A stretch of 64,000 nucleotides of DNA. Origin: Bispira polyomma. Lineage: Eukaryota. A model generated the notes under the pieces. The model was given only the letters and a program-made list of their open reading frames with translations, searched no databases and was not told the DNA's origin. Position numbers and translations under genes: made by a program. The stretch is taken from contig OZ287748.1 in assembly GCA_965649765.1 (NCBI GenBank), positions 76,508,001-76,572,000 of the forward strand, written 5' to 3'. Every line of letters begins with the position of its first letter. The stretch's first letter is position 1. This document shows positions 40,195 to 50,826 of this stretch, one piece after another.

Positions 40195-42003
40195 ATGACA
40201 GATAAATGTGAGATGTGTCAAAAGCTTTTTTTTGAGATCTGATGCACTGAAACGTCACCTGGTAACAGTGCATAAAAAGGTTCAAATTTCATTATAGACA
40301 CCACCACCTCCACCATTTCACTTTCAAACTGAACATAAACAATTTCAAAATTCACTAAGCACACAACCACCACCACCACCAACACCAAATGTGACAAATT
40401 TACAAAACATAATGAGATTAGTAAAGAATAATCACTTCATATTTAAATATCCCTTTACTTTAACATGTTCAGGTCCAACTGCTTCTGGAAAAACACATTT
40501 TGTTTTTAAAATGTTGCAGTTAGGTAAAATAGAACCTCAGCCACATCGAATATTGTATATTTACAAGTCGTGGCAGCCATTATATGATATTATGAGAGTA
40601 ACAATTTCTCCATATATTCAGTTTATCCAAGGAATTCCAAAAGATCTTGAAAATGACAGTTTTATCAATCCACAAAAGAGAAATTTAATTTGTTTGGATG
40701 ACAAGATGACATCAGTCAGTACTCACCCATGTATAACCGATCTATTTACTGAAGGATCACATCATAGAAATTAGTCCGTCATAAATATAACACATAATTT
40801 ATTTCCACTTTCCACTGACAGAAATAGTGTAACACAGAGGCGAAATACTCAATATATGGTTATATTCAAAACTCCAATGTCTCAAGATCAGGTTAAGTGT
40901 TTGGGAAGTTACATATTTCCAAGTAAACTGAATGAATTTCACAAAAACCTTATGGGTATTTGATTATACATGCAAAGCCAAATACACAACATGAGGATAG
41001 ATTCACAACCAGCATTCATCAGGAAGGTATGGTATCAGCAGAGATAATACCAGAAACTTCTTCAGAAAAAGTACAGTTTTCACAGCTTGATAGCAAAATA
41101 CCAAATACACGTCTGCCATTACAATTACCAAAGACAAGAGCTAGATTACCACCCCAGCAATCAGATCAATCATCATCATTGTTATCACCAGCACCACAAT
41201 AGCAGCCATTTAACAAAATCAAATCACAGTCAAAAAGCTCACCACACGTAATAAGATTACCACCACCAGGAATACATGAAAAACCAATGCCATCTTTAAA
41301 CCAAAATGGGACAGGGTATATAAATGAAATGTACATTGAACACAGGCATCAGGCACCTGTGCGTATTTGGACTGACAACAGCATGGATTCAAGTGAATTT
41401 GTTCCTTGTAATAATTGCGGAATAATCTTTGAAGACTTGTATAGAGTTCATGAACATAAACCAAACGGATGCAAGGCAAGTATTGAGAGTAAAAATGAAA
41501 AATTTAAATTCAAGAAAGGTAGTGATGTAAAAGATAACTTTGCTCTTCAATCTATTTTTCAAAAGTCAAGGGAAGAGTACACAAAAAATTATCTTGAGAA
41601 AATTAAATACTACATGTCTAACGGTTTGTCTAAAATTGAAGCTAAAATAAAAGGTAATGATGACCTAAGAGAAAAATATAGAAATTAATTTTTCACCCAG
41701 TATAAAAATGACCTCAATTACTACCTTGATTTAAGCAAAAATAAGGCAGATTAAGAAGTAATAAAAGCAATAAAGTACCTGACAAAAAAAGGCTTCAAAC
41801 AGAAAATTGCAGTTCGTCAAGCTACTGCAAAATATGGTTACCTCTTTGAAGATTTATTTCATGGTGACAGTAGTGACAGTGATACTGATGATGAGTCTGA
41901 TGTAACTAAAAGTGATGAAAATCAAAATGAAACACAAAACACTGACGACGATAATGACAATGAGGACACTGAAAAAGAATCTAATATGACAAAATCAGAA
42001 TGA
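40195..42003 (+). pseudogene. Decayed C2H2 zinc finger + Pro-rich + A32/FtsK-like packaging ATPase + C-terminal Cys/His and acidic region
   Basis: Walker A GPTASGKT, Walker B LICLDD, and LFTEGSHHRN, MVIFKTP and KPYGYLII motifs of Polinton ATPases. N-terminal CEMCQKLFLRSDALKRHLVTVH after removing one T from a T8 run. Two frameshifts and five in-frame stops. TATATAAG ~90 bp upstream. Confidence 0.85.
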
Positions 42004-42871
42004 AATTTCAAAAGACAGTTAATATATTATTAAACACAATCACACAAAAGTACAGTGAAGCACTATTAATAAAATAACTTAAAAAAGACAATGTTGAGCA
42101 AACTGACATATCTGGTATATTAAGAACCAGTTAATGTTGCTTGGTGTTAGTAAAGCTTTTTACTGGGTGAATTATATAAAACTTTTGAAGTACTACTTAA
42201 GATCGTTTTTGTCCATTGATATGCAGCTTTTTAGCTTATATGTAAACTAACCAGTATGGGTGTCTAAAGTGGGACAATTGTATGTCAGCACCAGTCCAAT
42301 TACCAGTCCAAAGGTTGAAAAATACCAGTCCAAATATTGAATTCAATTCTGATAAATATAAATTGGTTCATTTCCCATAGGATGTAATATAACTCATTTT
42401 TGTTTAAAAGCTATTGCATGTTAAATGTATTTTGTGTAACTTTGGCTCCTAGAATATGCCAAATATTTTATATTCAGTGCAGAAAGGTAATTTGAAGATT
42501 ACTAACTTTGTCATATGCAACACACTCTTGATATTTATATCTCACCTGTTATGATATCCCTGTGTATACTCAAATTTACAAAAGGTTTCATAAATTTCTA
42601 TCCAATGCATGATAATGCAAGGTAATCCAAAAAAATTTAATCGCAGAGTGAAAAATCATTTGTTAGAATGTGTAGGTGAAAATGGAAACATCACAGATTC
42701 AAACAGCATTAACTTCACCGCTAAGTAAATAAATTAAATGTTAACCATTTTAAGTACCTTCAATTTAAATGTTAGTACAGAGTGGTTATTGGGTTATTGT
42801 GTCTGTGTTTATATCATCTAATGTTTATTGTTGTCAAATAAATATCCTAACCTTCTATTGTTGTTGTTTAT

Positions 42872-42968
42872 TATAGATTGCATACACACACACACAACCA
42901 TAGATTGCATACACATACAAACACACAACCATAGATTGCATACACATAACCATAGATTGCATACACAC
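42872..42968. repeat. Minisatellite (AACCATAGATTGCATACACA)x4 with CA spacers
   Basis: Direct inspection; explains the repetitive ORFs called at 42818-43056. Confidence 0.9.
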
Positions 42969-45900
42969 AAGCTTGGTTTGGTCTGCAATCTGTCATACAC
43001 AGAGCCTGCCTAAATAATGGTGAGGTTGCATACAACACACGCTTGGTTACACACACACTAGGTTACACACACACCATCTTTCATAGACAGACAGAGACAA
43101 GGCTAAATAATAATTTATTTAAAATGAAAAAACTATATTACTTGGTAAGCAAATGTGTGTAGTTATGTCAGTTTTGAAGGTATGTCTTTCTTCATACAAG
43201 AGTTCCCAGTGTATCTCTGAAAATGCAATACTTAAAGTTCTTTAGTTGGATAAGGACACTTTTCAAGGATAAAAGGTACTTAGTGTAAAGAGTATTGCCT
43301 TTCTGATGTCATAAGGAACAGTGAATGAGCATTTGTCATGTTAAGATGATATATAATTGAATGGTTATTTTAATGTACTGATAATAATGTAACAAATGAG
43401 TACATCCTGTACAGTTCATTTACTACCAAAATTAGAATAAAATAATAATCTATTCATTGAATTAATATATAAATTTATGTTGTTGATATATGGAATTATA
43501 TGTTTTATTAAATTAAAACTTCCGTCTGCTGGATTATTAGGAACAGTAACTACTGTATTCGACGTAATTAGCACACATGCCCAATTGAGCGCATATTTGA
43601 GATATTACTTCAGCCTTATGTTTGAAATAGGAAAAACAATAATTATATTGCCATTTCTAAAATAAAGTACTTTTGCAAGTCACTACAATAAATATTACCA
43701 CATGGAGCTCATGTTTTACAATCAAAACTTTTAGTATATTTGTTAAAGTAAACATGTAATCTTAAGTGGTGAATACTGCCTGCAAAGTATTATAGAGCTG
43801 GGTCAAGAGAAGTAATAACAAATTTAAATACTTAACTGACTTATAATATAACCTTATTCTATGATGATGAGGGTTAGAATTTCTGACTATTCATCAACCA
43901 AGAAAAAGGCCAGATTGAAATTCATAAAAAGAACTAAAAATTTGCTTTAAATTCCACTTGTCAACAACGCATTTCATTTTCTTGTTGTTTGCTGTTAAAA
44001 ATTGTAAAAGATAAGAGATTAAATTACCAAATAAATTTCAGGTTTGAGGCAAATTTTTGTGGAAATTCATTAGTTGCCAAGCTTTTTATTATCAGATTGT
44101 AAAGTTTACCTGCATATAAATGTCTGGAAAAGATATGTTTCATCATATATGTTTGATCAACACAACTAATGTTTGCTTTGATAATAATTATATAACATTT
44201 TTATTATGCAATAACATTATTTACACATTTTCCTTTTTATTAGTTAAAGTGTAACTTGACATGGTGGACTTGTATGCACGTGATCCCCTCAATACAGGCA
44301 CTGATAGGTATATGTTTCTACACTTTAAATTGTTTCCAGAACTTTTATCTGTGAATAGATAGATCCCTCAATACACTTAAAATATCATTGACAGTGGTGA
44401 TTTTTTTTAAGGGTGCTAATTACGGCCAATATGGTATGCCTAATTTCGTGATGAGCATGTGTGGTTTATTACTATTATATGTATCAATAATTTTATCATT
44501 ATCAATTGGATTTTGGTCGATGCTCATAAAATATCTTTCATATTGTTGAATATGGTTATAACATTTTGTCATCTAAAGCAACTGAAACAGGATCGTGTAC
44601 ATACAAAGATGGATCTTTTCTCAAAATAATGTAACTGCAGTAACAGATCTACATTGAGTTTAGGTTATTGCCTACTTTGATATTTTGATTTTGAAACAAA
44701 TATAGCTCTATTTCAGTTTCATATTTCAAGCAATAAACTACAATCTATATAACATCCATAATAAATGTCTAGATTCAGTAGTATCTAAATCATTACATAG
44801 TTATGTTGATAAGATTAGCTTAAGGGTTGAGGTACATCTGCTGTTAAAGTCATCTTAAATTAAGGTCTAAGGGCAAATTGGTTGTTATTCATGCTTTTTG
44901 CATGTGCATAGTTCAGTGATCATGAATTTATGAAATTTACATGCTAAACAAACAAAGTCCCAAAAATAATTTGAGGTTTTGTTACCCTTGTTTATATCTT
45001 CAGAAATTATTAAATTTGCACGATGTTTTAGGCTGTGTTGAAAAATTAAATAAAAATTATAGCCTCCATTGTTGACACAGGTGTCATTATAAGCATATGC
45101 GGCCTTATAAAATAGATTTTGTATCAATTAAGCAAAACTAAAATGAAAAGTGTCTTAAATTTAGAGTTGTAATGCCTATATTGTTACTTTATATACACAT
45201 TCCATCAAGACTTGTTTATATAATTGAGGTACTAAATTATAAACTAAAATGGATACAAATAGATTATGTCAACACATTGTCATCCCCAAACATACAAGTA
45301 GCATATTGTGAAATCATTGAGATGTGTACTTCTAAAATTAGAAATAAGTGACAACTACGACTTTCAAATAAGTCAACCTACAAATCATTAAATCAGATTT
45401 AGATAGCTTTGCAAACGTGTATAGGTGAGCAACTGGCTAAAGGTAAAAATATTATGCTAATTCTACTGCAGAATATGGATATATATATATATATATACAT
45501 CCATAAATTCACTACTTAATGAATAAAAAAATAACCTTCAATATTTTCTTTTTACAACTTAAACCTGTAACGTTCTGCACTTTTAGAATGTGTATTATAT
45601 GACTCATTGGAAAATTAAGGAATTTCTGGTGTCATTATTATTCATTAGCTGTTAAAAAATTATCCTATAAATAATATACTTAAAATATAATTTAATAAGC
45701 ATAAATAGATAGATTTTTTTCTCCTGCAAATGAGTATTTGTTATCATATGTAGTTTTCAATGATTTCATTATGTCTGAGCAGTATAATATGTTAAAAATA
45801 GATTTAAAGGTTCTATCCCTCAAAATAAACCTCAAGTAGAAAAGGTTCAAATTTCATTGAAGTGTGGTTTGGTATAAATGATGCCCAAAGAAGAGGCCCT

Positions 45901-46824
45901 TTAACCAGTCACGACTTATCAGATGCAAATATGGATAATTCTGTTTAAATGAAAAATTTAAAAGCTTGTGAATAGAGAAGATTTATTTGTTACTATGTAT
46001 ATATATATATATATATAGAGTAACAAATAAATCTTCTCAACTTTTAATAATGGCTTGTGTCATTCATATCTTTGTTGATTTTCATTGTAAACTTTAGGAA
46101 GTTATGTAGTATCTTTACTTTTGGGATAATATTTCTCGATGCAACAAATCTACCTAGCAAATCTCTAAATAGTAAATTTGGAAATCATACAAGACACTTT
46201 CGAGTAAGACATGTGGTTCTTTTAATTTTAAATTTTTATTCTTTTTGGAAAAATTCTTTTTGGAAAGTCTCCATGGTGTAGTATGAGTGTATGAGAGATG
46301 AGTGTTATTTATCAAGATCCCCTCAAATAATAATCGATGAGCTCAAAAAGTGTCAACCTTAGCTGTCTGTTCTGTATATTAATTATAAAGAAGATCAACA
46401 AACGCCTCACCCAAACGTTTGGAGGACGCTCTCAAACAGATTTATTCAGAAGTCGTGACTAGTTAAAGGAGCGAAGCTTATTGTGTATCAAAAACTACAC
46501 AGTCTTCTCAGCATTTTCAATGTAGCATGTAACAAGGGAAGCTTATTTGGTGAGGTTGTGTATGGGGTCTTTATACAGGTATCTACAAATGTATCAGCAA
46601 CTGTTGAAAAAATTCCATTGATGCTGTATGTGTGTCACAAAGCCCACCTTTTATTAAATAAATAATGATGAAATTAAATTGCTTGATATAAATGTATAAT
46701 ATGTGTCTGCAACTGTGTCAACAAATACCCCGCCCCGTCACAACTTTTAATAAATTTAACTAGTTTATGACTTCTCAGATCCAAATATAGATAGGTCTAA
46801 AACATAAATCTTAAGAGTAGACTA

Positions 46825-47038
46825 AGAAATATTTGTATGTGTACGCACTCTCTGACCCTCTATTACAGTATGTATCAAGAAGCGTGTACATATTAAATAC
46901 GATTGACTGACAAAAGTGCCGATCTCAGCTGTCGTGTTGATTTTCAACATAATTAATGATGAGCTGGCAAGCCATTGTGGTATAAAACAGTTAAAATTGG
47001 GGACCTCAGCTGTCTATTCTGCAATGTCCTTTACTACT
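46825..47038 (-). repeat. Right terminal inverted repeat of the Polinton element
   Basis: Reverse complement of 38007-38200, with a short insertion. Confidence 0.92.
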
Positions 47039-50000
47039 TGTATGCTATAGTACACTATGATGGCTATGAGGGTTTGAAACTATGTGTTATATTGGCGTGT
47101 TGCCCTGGATCTATGACACTGTCTAACTTTTTAGACTGTCAAGAAAGTCATTGTAGCCATGTTCAAACTGAAGTAATGTTCAAACTGTATTGTGACTTGT
47201 CGAAAGTTATAATATTCACCAATGAAGTTATTAAGTCCATCGCCATTATCCAAAGTACTCAACCTGGACAACACGTTAATAGTGTGGTAGACAGTGTATG
47301 ACAGCTGCAATGTTGACATAATTAATAAAGTGTAACAACTGCAAAGCTATTTAAGATTGACCTTAGTTGTGCATTTTGACATATACATATTGACCCTTCC
47401 AACTACAATGTCATGGTCCTTAAATGGGACGACCCATATTTATTAAACTATCTCTGATGATGACTTTTTTTCTTTCAGTGTGTGGAATGTTAATATTGCA
47501 AGCAGCACAAACCAACCACATAGTTATAAGGCACATTGCTAGACAGTCGTCCTTATTTTTAGAACTCTTTACAGAGACTACTGCCATATCAGATCTGATA
47601 TTAACTTTTGAATGCTCCTATTTATTTTTGACAGCAACTGTGACGCTAAACATTGCACAATGACTTATTGGCATAAGTTTTAAAAACAACTATGATGCTA
47701 AGCATTGCACAATGACAAATTGGTTGTAAAAGATTCGTTGTTTCTTATGCCCACGATTCTGGTTAAATATGCATCTGCATGCAAATGAAAATATATGTCA
47801 CAGTCAGTCTCATCAAATGAGGTGTCATTGAATAGTATCAGAAAACATAAGAACTAGTTTAGACCTTTGTGAAACATTTTGTCTAGTGTTATTGTTTTGG
47901 TTGAATGAATTTAAAATTGAAGCTAACATTTATTTATTCATTTTCCAAATACTGGTATTTGTTTTTTAACTTTACGTAAATGAACAAACTGTAGCGCGTG
48001 TGCAGTATATGTCATTGCATATTTTCTGCATTGATACTTATATGTCTTTGCATATTTCCTGCATTGATACCTTAAGTCCCCTTCTTTATGTCTGTGGATA
48101 TCCCCATGCATGTTACCTGTGTAACGGGTGGGACCTGTTTTGTCCCAGTTATTGGGATACCAATGTCATTAAAAGTTGCAATTAAAGAGTCTTTAGCCAA
48201 GTTGATCTTATCTTTGTGATCACAGATTATACAATGATTAATGTAGTTAAAAGTGGTAAACCCTTTCTGTTTCCTGGTGAATCTAAATAATCAGAAGTAT
48301 ACATACAAATTTCCCTTTGAAAAATATCCCAATTTAAGTACATATAATGTCTATCCTCATGTTCTTGAAGGCTTGAGATATGTCCACCATAGCCAGTCTG
48401 GTGTCTTTTCTTAATGTCTATATATGTTTGATAATATTGTCAATATGACTTTAATATGATTCCGTATGACGGTGTACACTTAATTATTAAGCCATCAGTT
48501 TTTCTTTCACTTTTTGTTCTTATTTATATGGACTTACATATTTTTTGTGTTATATATAATGTCTGAAATAGGCACATAAATAAAAATATAAATAAATGGT
48601 CAGGAGTGCGAAAGTTATATTGTCGTACTTTATATGTGCACATGTTCACTGAGAACCTGTCAGGTTTTGACAAATCCAAAATTAGTTTGTTTGTTTTTTG
48701 TCATTCTTTATACAAGTTAGCTTGGGTGAAAAATTAAAAATCTGCCAATGTCACAGTTTTAAAGGGGTCAATTTTTTGGGAAATAGCAATATTTGGCTGG
48801 ATTATGATTTTTAGCTATTTTATTGTCTATGTTCTTTTTAAAATTAAGAAAATCAAATGAAATGTTAACCATTGTAAAGCAAAATTTGTCTAATTGCTAT
48901 TATTTATATCTACAATGAATAAAATTTGAACAGATTTAAGACACTTGAATCAATTTGGTGGGAAAACTAACAACAGATGAATTAATAGTGAATAGCATAT
49001 TTGCCTTAACAGCATGGTCTTAATTTGGCAGAGCTAAATATCTGATACTTCTATTTATATTATAGCTTCCACTCTATTTAGGCTTTGCTACTTTTAACAT
49101 GTAAGGCTATATCACAAAAAACATATTTAGTTGTGAAGGAAGCAAGTATGTTGTTGATATCTATGATTTCACTGCACTCTTCCACATGAAGAAACTATTA
49201 GAATATTGGTCTTTATAGGGGCTATGCAAGTAATTACAAAATAATCCCTTTGCCATTACAATAATACATTAGTTTTATATGGTAATGTTTGTTTACATCA
49301 TATTCTTAGGTCAAATAGTAGCACAGACTGCCAATCTATTCTTACTGCAGCATGCTCTTGGCATTTGATCAGGCGTAGACTAATATTGTTTTTACTATGT
49401 AAAGGTTCATGTATTGGTTTAAAAAATATACCCTGCTAAACTGAGGGGTATCAGAAAAAACAGGCGTGGTCTAAAATTAAAGACCGGAAGTACGCAGCAA
49501 ACACAAAAGCTGCTAGTGTGCAATTCACATCATTTTTAGTTAAACATAATTTATTTGATGACAATTGTCCATGGCTGCTGTGTCACAGGACTTTTGTCCT
49601 TAGGTTAAATCACCAACAAAGAATGAGCTCTCGAACTTTATTTTCAGTGGCTATATCAACGTAAGTGTACTTGTATTTGCAACACTGTGTCCTTTTTTTT
49701 GTTACTACCAAGGATACCAAGAATTTGTTCACCAGAAATGGTCCTCATAATGGGTGTTTTCTGCTCACATATCTGCCTTAAACTTATGTTGATAAAGCAA
49801 GTTATCTATATTTTGATATAACCATAAATTCCTCTTATCAATAGAACCATAAACTATTGGAAACCAGTAAACTAAGAACATCGGATATGTGATGAAGTTG
49901 TAAAATTGAATAAAAAATTGTGCCATCATTCTGCTGGAATGTATTGTTTATCTAGAAATAACTTCAGGGTGTTATTTTAATAGCTTGGCAGTTATCATTC

Positions 50001-50826
50001 TGTATGATTCCAATGTTTAAACAGACATTTTATTAGGTCATTGTACTGATCGTTTTCAACCTATTACTCTGTATGTGTACATTTTTAACTTTGGTTACAT
50101 TTTTTTTATTTTGTTTAAATCTCTTACTTTGTATCAACACATTGTTTACATCAGAAACTTGACCACAATTTGTGTCCACCGTATCAGAATTCACACAAGT
50201 CATATTTTTTAGTTTTGGTTGTTGTTTTGAATGTATATGCTTTAAAATCAAATCAATGAAAAAAACACCTAATATTGGCTACAACTTAAGCCATTGTTTA
50301 GTGCTTTAAAAGCATATATGACAGTTGCTGTTTTTTTTATTTACTTTTTTATTTTTGTTATTTACAACCTAGCCCTAATTCATAGCAAAGTTTGTGTACA
50401 GTAATATTCTGTTAGTGTTACTCAAACAACAATAGGCCCATAACAAATCAAGTCATTTTATAGTGATAGTTGTTCACTATATCTTTGTTACATTCTTACC
50501 CTAGATGTATGAAATGGTGGATAGTCTGTGTGATTAATTTGTAAACTTTTCTGCAGTTTATTATTTTCCAAAATAAACAAAATAACATTTCCGGTTTATA
50601 TCAGTGTAAATTCTACAAAACAAATGTCTAAAATATAATTACACAAGACAGTCAGATGTTACACTCGTATAGTAAAATAGCATAGTAAAATGAAAATTAT
50701 TTGATGTTGATGATCCACTACATCATATTGAAACATTCAGATATTGATATAATCCTAAACTCTAGTTGTGCAATGATGTTATTGTTAAAAGTTCACAAAT
50801 GTCAGCACCTAGTCGGTAAGTCTATT

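Larger units (their letters stand above)
38007..47038. mobile_element. Polinton/Maverick-derived element, internally reduced and decayed
   Basis: Termini AGTAGT.../...ACTACT. Perfect 6-bp TSD TGTATG (38001-38006, 47039-47044). TIRs ~200 bp, with about 7 substitutions and one 4-nt indel in the first ~104 bp. Encloses a Polinton-type packaging ATPase relic. Confidence 0.9.

Noticed and set aside
42818-43056. Three short ORFs with repetitive His/Cys peptides
   Set aside because: Translations of a minisatellite.
49460-49500. Host promoter (GGCGTGG, CCGGAAGT)
   Set aside because: Lies in a segment that differs from the paralogous copy and no adjacent gene start is visible.
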